This document shows positions 48,501 through 59,571 of a stretch of 64,000 nucleotides of DNA, piece after piece. Within the stretch, counting starts at the first letter, position 1. The number at the start of each line of letters is the position of its first letter. Both the position numbers and the translations under genes were made by a program. The notes under the pieces are model-generated. The model was not told where the DNA came from. It worked only from the letters and a program-made list of their open reading frames with translations, and did no database searches. Origin of the DNA: Candidatus Multivorans sp. (GTDB taxonomy: Bacteria > Acidobacteriota > Thermoanaerobaculia > Multivoradales > Multivoraceae); assembly GCA_965224025.1 (NCBI GenBank), contig OZ245033.1:4096001-4160000 (forward strand), in the 5' to 3' direction.

Positions 48501-50211
48501 TCAACGAGTGGCGCAGCAACAGGTGAACGGACTCGCGGGCGATCACGTTCTCCTGGCGGGCCTCGGCGGCAATCTCTCGCAGGTGCACGAAGATGTGATC
48601 GTAGAGCCGGTCGAAAGAGATGAAGTTCTCGCATTCGCGCCGGAACAGCCGCAGGAGTTGTGGTTGGAGGATCACGTCGAGAACGGTGAGATCCGGCGGA
48701 TCCGGAGCGGCGCCCTGCCGAGCTTCCGGATCCGTCTCGGCGACCCCCGCAGCGGAGGCGGCGCGCATCACGTCCAGCAGCCGACCGAAGTTGTCCTCGG
48801 CCGCGTCCTTCCACTGGTTGTAGAGGTGGAAACCGAACTCGAGCAGCAGTTCGGCTCGGGCGCGATTGAAGTGGTACTCGCGGCTGCCGAGCAGGAAGGA
48901 GGCGAGCCGACCCCGCCCCTCATGAAGCGAGTCGCGGGCCGCGGCGTACCGCTTGTACGTGCGGCTGAGGACATCGTCGTACCGCACGGCAAGCGGGTTC
49001 TCGAACCAGCGCTCGAAGGACAACCGGCGCTGCCGTTCCCGGCGCGCCCTGGCCGCCCCGGCCGGAACCTCGGCCGCCGCCAGACGACCGTAGCTGGGCA
49101 GGGTCGTCGAGGTAAGGCGGCGCCGGAGACCGAGATATCGCAGGTACCGAAAGGCGACGCCGAAGACGTTGACCTGCTCCGCCGGACTCCGCAGCCGCGA
49201 CAGGGGGGCGACTTCCTCGAGAGCCAACAGACTGCGGGAGGGGTCGACGTACCGCCGCGCGTTCAGGCGATAGTGCTCGAACACGGTCGGCTCGTCGCGC
49301 ACGAAGATCTTCGCCCGCTGTTCCACCACCGCGATCGACGAGGCCACCGCGGCCTCGAAACAGGCCAGCCGGTCGCCACCCTCACCCGGAACGAAGTCGA
49401 TCACTCCGTCGAGGTATCTCTGATCGAAAAGCTCGTACGCCGAGACGCCGACCGCCTTGGCGCACTCCTCCCAGGACAGGTCGTAGCGGCGCACGATGTT
49501 GGCCAGCCCGCGGGGCTGAATCGTGTTGAAGACGCCGTCACGCACCGCCAGCAGCACGTTCGTCGTGGCCAGAGGAATGGCGCCGCCCGAGTAGCCGTTG
49601 CCGAGCACGACGCCGATGGTCGGCGCGTGAAGCTGCGCCATCTCGGCGATCAACCGGGAAATAGCGTGAGCCTGGTTGCCGCGGTTCGCCATCTCGCCCG
49701 CGTCCGCTCCCGGCGTGTCCATCAGGGCGACGATGGGCAGGTTGCGGCCGGCGTACGACCGGATCACGTCCACCGCCAGACGGTGGTGCTCCGGCATCCA
49801 GACGCCGTTCTGCACCGAGCGCTCCTGCGCGAGAACGCCGAACCGGCGGCGCCAGCCCTCGATCTCGGTTTCGAACACGGCCGCGTAGAGGGGGCCGTGG
49901 CCGCGCTCCTCGACCAGTTCCCAACTGGTGGCGGCCAGGACCTCTCCGGCGCCAACCCGGACCGGGTCCTCGGCCGGCGCGACCGTGCGGCGGATGTACT
50001 CGTCGACCTCGAGGGCGGCAAGACTCTTGAGGGTCCGACGGATACGTCGGTCGGAGACCAGACCGGCGATGCGCCCGCCGGCGCCGGCGATTTGCGGATC
50101 ACGGGGCGCCGGAAATAGCGAGAACGCGCGCGCCCGCTGCTCCGCGTCGCGGAACAGGGGGTCTACCGCTCCTCGCGAAGGCTCCGCCTGACTCTGGAGC
50201 AGGATCGTCAT
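45553..50211 (-). CDS. Single-chain biotin-dependent acyl-CoA carboxylase (CTalpha-CTbeta-BC-BCCP)
   Basis: DTPGA/GYSGGA (AccA-like); FQAGS/SSGG/TGGAQAS/FAG (AccD-like); HPGIGFLSE/GGGGKG/EMNTRLQVEH (BC); IEAMK (biotinyl Lys). Confidence 0.85.
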   Translation of the reverse strand: MTILLQSQAEPSRGAVDPLFRDAEQRARAFSLFPAPRDPQIAGAGGRIAGLVSDRRIRRTLKSLAALEVDEYIRRTVAPAEDPVRVGAGEVLAATSWELVEERGHGPLYAAVFETEIEGWRRRFGVLAQERSVQNGVWMPEHHRLAVDVIRSYAGRNLPIVALMDTPGADAGEMANRGNQAHAISRLIAEMAQLHAPTIGVVLGNGYSGGAIPLATTNVLLAVRDGVFNTIQPRGLANIVRRYDLSWEECAKAVGVSAYELFDQRYLDGVIDFVPGEGGDRLACFEAAVASSIAVVEQRAKIFVRDEPTVFEHYRLNARRYVDPSRSLLALEEVAPLSRLRSPAEQVNVFGVAFRYLRYLGLRRRLTSTTLPSYGRLAAAEVPAGAARARRERQRRLSFERWFENPLAVRYDDVLSRTYKRYAAARDSLHEGRGRLASFLLGSREYHFNRARAELLLEFGFHLYNQWKDAAEDNFGRLLDVMRAASAAGVAETDPEARQGAAPDPPDLTVLDVILQPQLLRLFRRECENFISFDRLYDHIFVHLREIAAEARQENVIARESVHLLLRHSLNAALRELTAGLEAEAADEAEARLRRQFRSWLRHFSRHPRRGRLLKSVAEWKRLQMPRISEPLFGLVTFLFERLLPNFYEDEQGIRTYDGRISPRNIGIKDFWNRLDAAYRDMLLEDVLAEQKRRTPRRPRAILDRFFVDVQEIEPDRMTADPVGFPGLRVSIERALEQGVTPCGTVAALARIRAGGAGDAEGGSGGSRVGVMVSNLAFQAGSFDMASAEKFCKLLLRCAEERLPVVCFISSGGMLTKEGAGALFSMSIVNDRLTRFVRDNDLPVICFGYGDCTGGAQASLVTHPLVQTYYFSGTNMPFAGQIVVPSHLPMASTLSNYLFEVEGAMQGLVQHPFGEDLDDQLRQVDSQIPVPEETVEGVLLRLQQEERRVEFLSARRRRRAPETVEPAPAVAPRPVRRALIHARGCTAVKLVRVAQRAGIEVVLVQSDPDVESPAAAMLRERDTLVCIGGSTPDESYLNAHSVIRVAEREEVDALHPGIGFLSESASFADLCRGHGLNFVGPTGEAMRRMGNKSNAIQTAVQVGVPVVPGSEGILTDADTALEVAESIGFPVMLKAVHGGGGKGIRRVDRAEDFREAFAQIRIEAESSFGNADCYLEKCVVSLRHVEVQVLCDQHGTVSILGLRDCSVQRNNQKLIEESGSTALPEALREESFRSAREIARKIGYVGAGTVEFIFDLEAQKLYFMEMNTRLQVEHPVTEATSGTDIVKAQFEIAGGSRIKGPPVAEDGYAMEVRINAERVVATEDGIDLLPSPGTVNRCEFPQRPDIDVLAAIDTGTVVSPYYDSLVAQIVCHGKDRVDTIARMRSYLDQVTIDGVCTNLPLLRRVLDDEQFRTGDYDTRYLPGFLARTSADELVREVERSAGVSATMDRAEIEIEGSDELRVGAPSGGLFYASASPSDPPFVRVGDLLDTGKTLCLIEAMKLFRPVSLSSIDAGGDLFARDSRFEVMRVNAANGQVVNQGDLLFVVRPVDVG

Positions 50212-50308
50212 ACAAGCCGCCTAGTCTACCCGCTCTCGGTGTGGTAAAGGACCGGCAACGTGTAACTTAGCCGGCTCCGCAGGTATTCCCGCGCGCCGGT
50301 TCCCTTCC

Positions 50309-51259
50309 TCAGTTGGCCCGTTCTTCCGCCCGCATCGGGCCGATCTCGGCAAGCGTCTGCATGCTGGGAGCGACCATCGCCCGTGCCGCTGTTTCCTCGT
50401 AGGCCGCGTACATCTCCGGCAGCTTCTCTCTCAGCTCGGCCTGATCCCGGATCACCCACTCTTCTTCCCACACAGGTCCGTAGGGCGCCTGGAGATTCCA
50501 GGCCGTGGAGATGAACCAGTAGGCGAACTCCTGCATCTGAACGCGGAAACGCACCTCCTCGTCCTCGATGTCTTCGTACTGGCTTGCCTGGTAGTAGCCC
50601 TCGTCTTCCGCCGTCCTCATCGCCCGTGCCAGTGCCGAGTCCTCGGAGATTCCCCACACCTCCGGGAAGGCGTAATGCAGGCCGATGTCGCTGACGTAGT
50701 GGAGGATGTGCTCTACGACCTCCATCACCTGCCCCTCCGGTCCCACCGGTCCGTCCTGCATGATGATGTCGCAGACCGAGTTGTTGTTCTCGATCTGCCT
50801 CCACTGCTCCTCGTTCTCCTCCATGAAGCTGGTGTCGTCGCCGAGGGGAACCGGGATCAGTGCGTTGTAGCGATAGTGGTTCTCGAGCACCTTGCGCTGC
50901 AGATCGGGATCGAGTCCGGCGTCCCGCGGAAACACCTCGGCGATCGTCTTCGCGACCAGTCGCATGAAGTCGTCCGATATGTCGTCACGGGCCCCGAGCT
51001 TGAGCCCATAGACCTGGAGCTCCTTGGTGAACGGCGGCATCGCCTCGGTGGCGACGACATCGCCGTGCTGGTACACGTCGTCGGGCACGTCGCCGACCGG
51101 AGCCAGCAGGATGCAGCCGCCGAGGTGGATCGGAGCGGCATCGGCCGCCTCCTCGCCGGCCTCCTCCGCCACGGCGTCAGCGGCGGACTCGGCGGCCGGT
51201 TCGTCGCCACAGGCGGCTACCGCCAAAATCAGAAGAGCGAATGCGAAGCGTCTTTCCAT
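50309..51259 (-). CDS. Acidic hypothetical lipoprotein
   Basis: Lipobox VAAC; EVVEHILH followed by QEFAYW; AGGGGAG RBS. Confidence 0.65.
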   Translation of the reverse strand: MERRFAFALLILAVAACGDEPAAESAADAVAEEAGEEAADAAPIHLGGCILLAPVGDVPDDVYQHGDVVATEAMPPFTKELQVYGLKLGARDDISDDFMRLVAKTIAEVFPRDAGLDPDLQRKVLENHYRYNALIPVPLGDDTSFMEENEEQWRQIENNNSVCDIIMQDGPVGPEGQVMEVVEHILHYVSDIGLHYAFPEVWGISEDSALARAMRTAEDEGYYQASQYEDIEDEEVRFRVQMQEFAYWFISTAWNLQAPYGPVWEEEWVIRDQAELREKLPEMYAAYEETAARAMVAPSMQTLAEIGPMRAEERAN

Positions 51260-51437
51260 CCCGGTTCTCCCCTTTGTTGATATGACCCGCGACTCCCTAC
51301 ACTATGCCCTGCATCAGCGCCGGACATGAATTTGCTGCCCAGAATCGCCGGGTCCTTCGCCGACACGGCGGCCGGGAAGTGAGTGCTGATCTTCGGCGCC
51401 GAGTGGCTTCTGGAGAGCCCGGATAGAATCCACGGCG

Positions 51438-53333
<1,896 letters not shown>

Positions 53334-53346
53334 CGCCGCCCGTGCC

Positions 53347-54732
53347 ATGACCAGCGCTGCTTCAGGCAACCGGTTTCCGGAGGCCCTGGTGCTGATCTTC
53401 GCCATGATCGTGGCGGCGCAGGTCCTCACCTACGTCCTGCCTGCCGGCGAGTACGAACGCGATGGCCGGCAGGTGCTGGCCGGCACCTACCACGCCGTCG
53501 AGGCGGCTCCCCTGCCCTGGCACGCCGCCCTGACCAAGGTGCCCAGGGGCCTCGAGGCGGCGGCGGAGATCATCTTCTTCGTCTTCCTGGTCGGCGGCGC
53601 GATCGGGGTCATCCGCGCCACCGGCGCCATCGACGCCGCGATCGGCCGCGCGATACGGACCCTGGGAGCGAGGCCGATCCTGCTGGTCGGCGGGATGACG
53701 GCCCTGTTCGCCGTCGGTTCGTCGACGATCGGCATGGCCGAGGAGTACATGCCCTTCGTGCCCATCCTGGTCGCCATGTGCATCGCTCTGAAGATGGACG
53801 CGGTGGTCGCCCTGGGGATGGTCTACCTCGGCGCCGGCATCGGCTACGGAGCGGCGGCGATCAACCCGTTCACGGTGATGATCGCCAAGGACATCGCCGG
53901 CCAGGATCCGGGTACCGGTTTCGGACTCCGGTGGGCGCTGCTGGCGGTCATGCTCCTCGTCGCGGTCCACCACCTGCTCCGGTACGCGCGGCGAATCGCC
54001 GCCGATCCCAAACGGAGCCTGGTCCGGGACATCGACTACGGCGGCGGCCACGAACTGACGGCCGCCGAGCTGACGCCGGCGCGCCTCGGCATCCTCGCCG
54101 CGTTCGCCGCGATGATCGGCATCTTCATCTGGGGCGTGAACGTCCACGGCTGGTACCTGGTCGAACTCGCGGCCCTGTTCCTCGGCGTGACGATCATCGC
54201 CGCCGCCCTCGGCCGCGTGTCGCCGAACCGCACCGCGCGGGCGTTCACGACCGGCGCCGCCGAACTGACCGGCACCGCGCTCCTGATCGGTTTCGCGCGC
54301 ACGATCGAGGTCGTGCTCTCGGACGCGCGCGTCATCGACACCGTGATCCACGGCATCGCCTCGTTGCTGCAGAAAGCCGAGGGTCTGGGCGCGGGCGCCG
54401 CGGTCGTCTCGGCCTGGGGCATGCTCCTGGTCCAGAGCGTGTGCAACTTCCTGATCCCCTCGGGCAGCGGGCAGGCGTACGTGACGATGCCGATCATGGC
54501 GCCGCTCGCGGACCTCACCGGCGTCGGCCGCGAGACCTCGGTGCTCGCCTACCAGCTCGGTGACGGACTGATGAACCTGATCGTGCCGACGAACGCCCTG
54601 CTCATGGGCATGCTGCTCCTCGCCCGCATTCCCTACCAGCGCTGGCTGCGCTTCATCCTGCCTGCGGTCATCAAGCTCTACGTGGTGGCGTTCGCGGTGC
54701 TCGCGGTCACCGCCCTGATGCGCTTCGAGTAG
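53347..54732 (+). CDS. YfcC/ArcD-like basic amino acid or C4-dicarboxylate antiporter
   Basis: LPAGEYER, GMAEE, NPFTV, IPSGSGQA and AYQLGDG. Confidence 0.82.
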   Translation: MTSAASGNRFPEALVLIFAMIVAAQVLTYVLPAGEYERDGRQVLAGTYHAVEAAPLPWHAALTKVPRGLEAAAEIIFFVFLVGGAIGVIRATGAIDAAIGRAIRTLGARPILLVGGMTALFAVGSSTIGMAEEYMPFVPILVAMCIALKMDAVVALGMVYLGAGIGYGAAAINPFTVMIAKDIAGQDPGTGFGLRWALLAVMLLVAVHHLLRYARRIAADPKRSLVRDIDYGGGHELTAAELTPARLGILAAFAAMIGIFIWGVNVHGWYLVELAALFLGVTIIAAALGRVSPNRTARAFTTGAAELTGTALLIGFARTIEVVLSDARVIDTVIHGIASLLQKAEGLGAGAAVVSAWGMLLVQSVCNFLIPSGSGQAYVTMPIMAPLADLTGVGRETSVLAYQLGDGLMNLIVPTNALLMGMLLLARIPYQRWLRFILPAVIKLYVVAFAVLAVTALMRFE

Positions 54733-54769
54733 TCGCGCTCCCGGCCCGCGGCCTTCCCCCGCGCGGCGG

Positions 54770-55642
54770 CTACAGGTTCAGTTTCGCCGGCAGGTAGCGG
54801 TCGATCAGGCCTTGGTAGTAGGGACGCAGTTCCGGCGCCCGCGGGGGCCCGCCGCTCTTGGAGTACAGGTCGTAGTTGTTGAACAACCGCACCCAGGCGA
54901 ACATCTCGCGATCGCGCGCGGTCATCAACTCGCGGTACGCGCCTTCGCGGTGGCAGGCGTAGAACGAGTGGTAGCGAATCACGTACAGCGCCGGCTCGGG
55001 CAGGCAGTCGCGGAGCACCTGGTACAGGTACTCGTCGTGCCCCCAGGACAGGTCGACGCGGTCCAGGCCGCAGCCCGCTTCGTAGACGCCGAGGGGCGTG
55101 GAGTAGGTCGGATTCATGCTGTCCGGGTTGGCGGCAAACAACTCCGGATACACGACCCGGTCGGAGAACGCGCAGCCGACTGGAAACGTGTCGCCGACCA
55201 CGGCCCATTGCGGCTCGCCCCACAGGCAAAGCACCTTGCCCAGATCGTGAAGCAGCCCGGTCAAGACGAACCAATCCGGGTGTCCGTCGGCGCGGATCGC
55301 CTCGGCGGTCTGCAGCAGGTGGTCGAGTTGCGACAGGTCGAGGTCCGGATCGGAGTCGTCGACCAGGGTGTTGAGGAACTCGAGCGCCTCCCACGCAGAC
55401 AGTTCCGCCCGGTCGAGAGTGAGGTACTCCGCCTTCTTCCGCTGAACGAAGTTCCAGGTCTGACCACGGTGATTCAGGCGATAGAACTCCCGCACCGTGT
55501 CGCGGGGCGGCTCGTCGAAGTCCCGGTAGTCCTCGCGGCGTTTTCCGCCGGCCTCCGCCGGTTCCGGGTAGAGTTCCGCCACGAAGTCGTCCCAGTCGTC
55601 GAGTCGATCGAACGGCGCCACGGGCGGTACGCTAGCAGTCAC
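54770..55642 (-). CDS. myo-inositol oxygenase (MIOX) family protein (start uncertain)
   Basis: [51 protein letters not shown] and DLYSK. Confidence 0.88.
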   Translation of the reverse strand: MTASVPPVAPFDRLDDWDDFVAELYPEPAEAGGKRREDYRDFDEPPRDTVREFYRLNHRGQTWNFVQRKKAEYLTLDRAELSAWEALEFLNTLVDDSDPDLDLSQLDHLLQTAEAIRADGHPDWFVLTGLLHDLGKVLCLWGEPQWAVVGDTFPVGCAFSDRVVYPELFAANPDSMNPTYSTPLGVYEAGCGLDRVDLSWGHDEYLYQVLRDCLPEPALYVIRYHSFYACHREGAYRELMTARDREMFAWVRLFNNYDLYSKSGGPPRAPELRPYYQGLIDRYLPAKLNL

Positions 55643-55691
55643 ACGCTGTTGGCAGCGTCGACACACACCAGTCCAGGAACCGGGAAGAACG

Positions 55692-56060
55692 ATGTCCTAT
55701 CTCGCCTACAAGCTGCTGCACGTGCTCGGAGTGCTGCTCGTCCTGGCAGCGGCCGGCGGCGTCGCCGTCCACGCCGCGACGGGGGGTCGGCGTGAGGACA
55801 ACGATCTACGCGGCGTCCTCGCTTCGATGCACGGCGTCGGCCTGATCCTGAGTGTCGTCACCGGCTTCGGGCTGTTAGCCAGGCTCGGAGCAGGTATGCC
55901 GCCCACATGGGCGTGGGCAAAGCTCGTCATCTGGCTGTTCTTCGGGGCCGCGCTCACCCTGCCCTACCGCAATACCTCGTTGGCCAGGGCGTTGGTCGTC
56001 GCGCTGCCGCTACTCGCCGCGATCGCGTCCTACCTCGCGATGTACAAGCCCTTCCAGTAG
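55692..56060 (+). CDS. Small 4-TM membrane protein (SirB2-like)
   Basis: YKLLHV, HGVGL, WAWAKL and C-terminal KPF. Confidence 0.7.
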   Translation: MSYLAYKLLHVLGVLLVLAAAGGVAVHAATGGRREDNDLRGVLASMHGVGLILSVVTGFGLLARLGAGMPPTWAWAKLVIWLFFGAALTLPYRNTSLARALVVALPLLAAIASYLAMYKPFQ

Positions 56061-56304
56061 CCTGCGCGACCGAAACGAATCGGCCGGTTCCGTAGCGCCC
56101 GACGACGCTCGTTTCGAGGGGCGAATCGGGGCATTCCGCGCCGGTCACGTCGTGGTCAGAAACTGGTCAGGCCGATATCCGCTAGCGATTGCAAGAATGT
56201 CCTCCAAATCGAACCAGCCGGGGAATCCGACCAAAACCCCGGTTGTTTCCTTTCGTACACAAGGTCGGGTTCGTGCCCTAAAGGGGCAAGGTACGGATCC
56301 GATC

Positions 56305-56343
56305 GGCGCCGGGCGGAGCGAGCGTGTCGCACCGCCCGGCGCC
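56305..56343. terminator. Strong GC hairpin between convergent genes
   Basis: GGCGCCGGGCGG...CCGCCCGGCGCC 12-bp stem. Confidence 0.45.
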
Positions 56344-56430
56344 ACCTTTCCTATCCTCGACCGTGATGTCCGAGGAGTGCAGCGTGATCTCGGTGCGGCG
56401 CGGAGCCGGCGCCGGATCAAGCGCCGCGGC

Positions 56431-57327
56431 TCAGAGGAAGACGCATGTGGGGCACTCCCCCGCATCCTGAGCAAGCCTGCGGTCCGCTTCGCACTGGTAG
56501 ACGGGCTGCGCCGAACGTTCCGCCCGCTCATCGCCGCCCAGCATCACCTCCCGCTTCCACTCGTCGTCATCCGACCAGCGGAAGGGCAGCATCTTCACCG
56601 CCCCTGGCGTATCCAACTCCTGGAAGGCGGCGAGCGATGCGCCAACGATCTTCCTCTGCAGGCCGGCATCCAGCGGCTTGCCCGTCGTGTGACCCAACGG
56701 ATAGTCGAGAAACGCGGCGCGGGGCGGATTGACGGATCGCGTGATCGAGAGCGCCGAACTCATCGACAGGGTCGGAATGCCGTCCGCCTCGACGCGGCGC
56801 GCTGTCAGTCCCACGGACTGATGGCAGACCGGTCAGGTGGGGACCAGCAACGCCAGGTCGACCTGGTCCGCTACCAACCGGCGGCTGATCTCCGGCGCCA
56901 GAGTGTCCCGCACCCTGCGCGCCGAGTAGATGCCGCCCATGAACGCGTACGCGAGCGGCGACACGTCCCCGATCACGCCGTCCGCTGCCAGAGCGCGCAG
57001 GGTGTCGACGGGAAAGACGACGTTCGGGTCGATCCGGGCGTCCATCTGGTCGTAGGCAAAGTGGCTCGTCCGCAGTTCCGCGGCCGGCACACTGGCGTCG
57101 ATGACCCGCAGCGAGATGTCGTCGCGATGGTGGAAGGCGATCTGTCCCGTCCGGTACACGCCGCCCGACGCCACCAATCCGACCCGGCACTCCTCAAGCG
57201 GCTTCGCCAGCCGGGTCCAAGGCGGCGGGGCCTCGCTGCGAACCCATCGGTAGGGTCCGTGTCCCAGACTCGAGTAAAGGTCGCGTGTGCGGACGATGTG
57301 GTCGACCGGCGGTCTTCGTGTTCTCAT
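56431..57327 (-). CDS. GrdB/PrdB-like reductase selenoprotein (UGA=Sec at 56835-56833)
   Basis: Two same-frame ORFs joined across TGA read LLVPT-U-PVCHQSVGL..EADGIPT; family motifs KPLEECRVGLVASGG, DPNVVFP and PPRAAFLDYPLG. Confidence 0.82.
56805..56821 (-). promoter_or_regulatory. Candidate bacterial SECIS hairpin
   Basis: Minus strand UCAGUCC-GUG-GGACUGA; the apical loop starts with G, 18 nt after the UGA. Confidence 0.6.
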
Positions 57328-57401
57328 GCTCCCGATTCTGCCCTCTAGCAGCCCATGGCAGAAGTCGCGCTGCATTCGAGCGACGATAGGATGCCAGCCG
57401 C

Positions 57402-57887
57402 ATGAGCACCGAGAGCCGGCGACCGAGGGAGCGCGGTCCAAACCCTGAGGGCGGTCCCGAACCCGAACGGATCGACCGGACCGAGTCCGAGTGGCGCACC
57501 CGCCTCGCCGACGCCGAGTACCGCGTCCTGCGCAAGGAAGCGACCGAACCGGCCTTCACTTCGCCACTCAACGGCGAGCACCGGGAAGGCGTCTTCGTGT
57601 GCGCCGGGTGCGGCGCCGAACTGTTCGGGGCCGACTCGAAGTACGACAGCGGCACCGGCTGGCCGAGCTTCTCCGACTCGATGCCCGGCGCGGTCGAAAC
57701 GAAACGGGACTTCAAGCTGTTCGTGCCGCGCACCGAGTACCACTGCGCCCGCTGCGGCGGACACCAGGGGCACGTCTTCCGCGACGGTCCGGCGCCAACG
57801 GGCCTGCGCTACTGCAACAACGGCGTCGCCCTGCGCTTCCGCCCAACCGCGGAAGACGGCCGCCCGGCCAAGGATCCCGCCCCATGA
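57402..57887 (+). CDS. msrB: Peptide-methionine (R)-S-oxide reductase
   Basis: ATEPAF, CAGC, SGTGWPSF, RTEYHCARCGGHQGHVF and RYCNN. Confidence 0.95.
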   Translation: MSTESRRPRERGPNPEGGPEPERIDRTESEWRTRLADAEYRVLRKEATEPAFTSPLNGEHREGVFVCAGCGAELFGADSKYDSGTGWPSFSDSMPGAVETKRDFKLFVPRTEYHCARCGGHQGHVFRDGPAPTGLRYCNNGVALRFRPTAEDGRPAKDPAP

Positions 57888-57957
57888 GCGTGCGCCGAAG
57901 AACATGGCGTGCGCCGATCTTCCTGCCGCGCACGCTGCTAGCCAAGGAGGACTGAAC

Positions 57958-59571
57958 ATGTCGACCACCCTGAACACCCGCCTGGCCGCCGCCGGGGTCT
58001 CAACCGCCCTCGCACTGATGCTGGCCTGCAGCGGCGGCGAGTCGGTCGAGCCACTGACCTCGACGGTGGCGACGGAACTCGGCATCGTCGAGGGCACCGA
58101 GCTCGACTCCCGAATCCTCAAGTTCAGCGGCATCCCCTACGCCGCACCCCCGGTCGGCGACCTTCGCTGGCAGGCGCCCCAACCAGCCGCTTCCTGGGAG
58201 GGCGCCCGCGACGCGACCCGGTTCTCCCCAACCTGCTGGCAGCCACTGTCTCCCCCAGGCTCGTTCTATGATGCCGGCGAGATCGAACGCAGCGAAGACT
58301 GCCTCTACCTGAACGTCTGGACCGGCGCCGAACACGCCAGCGCCGCGCTCCCCGTCATGGTCTGGATCCACGGCGGCGGACTCCAGACAGGCTCAGGCAG
58401 CACTTCGCTCTACGACGGCGAGAGTCTGGCCGGCCGGGGCGTGGTCCTGGTCACGATCAACTACCGCCTCGGGCCGATGGGTTTCATGGCCCACCCGGAA
58501 CTGTCGGTGGAGGCCGAGTCCGGCGTTTCCGGCAACTACGGCATCCTCGATCAGGTCGCCGCGCTCCAGTGGGTGCAGGCGAACATCGCCCACTTCGGCG
58601 GCGATCCGGGCCGGGTGACGATCTTCGGTGAGTCCGCCGGCTCCTGGAGCGTGAACTACCTGACCGCGACACCTCTAGCGGCAGGCCTGTTCCACCGCGC
58701 GATCGGCCACAGCGGCGGCATCTTCTGGCCCATGCCGCAGCTTGCGGACGCGGAGTCGGAGGGCGCTCGCGTCGCTGAGCGGCTCGGCGCAAGCGACCTC
58801 ATGGCACTGCGCGCCGCTTCCGTCGAGGAGGTCTATCAAGCGGCCAGTGAGTCTGACGCGCTCCGGTTCGTCGGCGTGAACGACGGCCGGGTGTTCCCGC
58901 GCGACATCTACGACATCTTCGCGGCCGGCGAGCAGAACGACGTCGACACGATCGTGGGCTTCAACAGCGACGAGGGCACGGCCCTGTTCGCCGGCGCCGG
59001 CGACCTCACGGTCGCCGACTATCGCCAGTCGCTCGAGGACGCCTACGGCGAGCACGTCGACGCGATGTCCGCGGTCTACCCCGCCGAGACCGACGAGCAG
59101 GCGCGGGTGGCCGCCTACGAGAACACGGCCGACAACTATTTCGCCTGGCAGATGCGGACCTGGGCCCAGTTGCAGAGCAGCACCGGCGCAAGACCCGTGC
59201 GGATGTACTACTTCTCCCGCGTCCCGCCATGGGACGAAGCCGAGACCTACGGCTCGTACCACGCGGCGGAGATCATCTACGCATTCGACAATCTCCACAC
59301 GAGCGCGGCCGTCCGCGACGAGATCGGACCGTTCAACCACGCGTGGGACGACACCGACCGGGCGCTCGCCAGCACCATGGCCGACTACTGGGTGAACTTC
59401 GCCGCCACTGGCGACCCGAACGGCGACGGGCGCCCCGACTGGCCGGTTTACGACCCTGAGGCCGACGGAGTGCTCGAACTGGGCGACACGATCGGCGTCA
59501 TTCAGGGCCTGCTCAAGGATCGTCTCGACGCCTTCGACGCCTACTACGAAGACCTGCGCAGCGGCGGCTGA
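57958..59571 (+). CDS. Type B carboxylesterase (lipoprotein)
   Basis: AAGGAGG RBS, lipobox LAC, SEDCLYLN, HGGG, GESAG and YHAAE. Confidence 0.9.
   Translation: MSTTLNTRLAAAGVSTALALMLACSGGESVEPLTSTVATELGIVEGTELDSRILKFSGIPYAAPPVGDLRWQAPQPAASWEGARDATRFSPTCWQPLSPPGSFYDAGEIERSEDCLYLNVWTGAEHASAALPVMVWIHGGGLQTGSGSTSLYDGESLAGRGVVLVTINYRLGPMGFMAHPELSVEAESGVSGNYGILDQVAALQWVQANIAHFGGDPGRVTIFGESAGSWSVNYLTATPLAAGLFHRAIGHSGGIFWPMPQLADAESEGARVAERLGASDLMALRAASVEEVYQAASESDALRFVGVNDGRVFPRDIYDIFAAGEQNDVDTIVGFNSDEGTALFAGAGDLTVADYRQSLEDAYGEHVDAMSAVYPAETDEQARVAAYENTADNYFAWQMRTWAQLQSSTGARPVRMYYFSRVPPWDEAETYGSYHAAEIIYAFDNLHTSAAVRDEIGPFNHAWDDTDRALASTMADYWVNFAATGDPNGDGRPDWPVYDPEADGVLELGDTIGVIQGLLKDRLDAFDAYYEDLRSGG

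Noticed and set aside
54729-54773. GTAG...CTAC REP between convergent genes (also 60119-60134)
   Set aside because: The ends are simply the TAG stops of two convergent genes; at most weak terminator hairpins.
56431-57327. Nonsense pseudogene or two small genes
   Set aside because: The TGA falls exactly at the family's U-x-x-C catalytic position and is followed by a SECIS-like hairpin.
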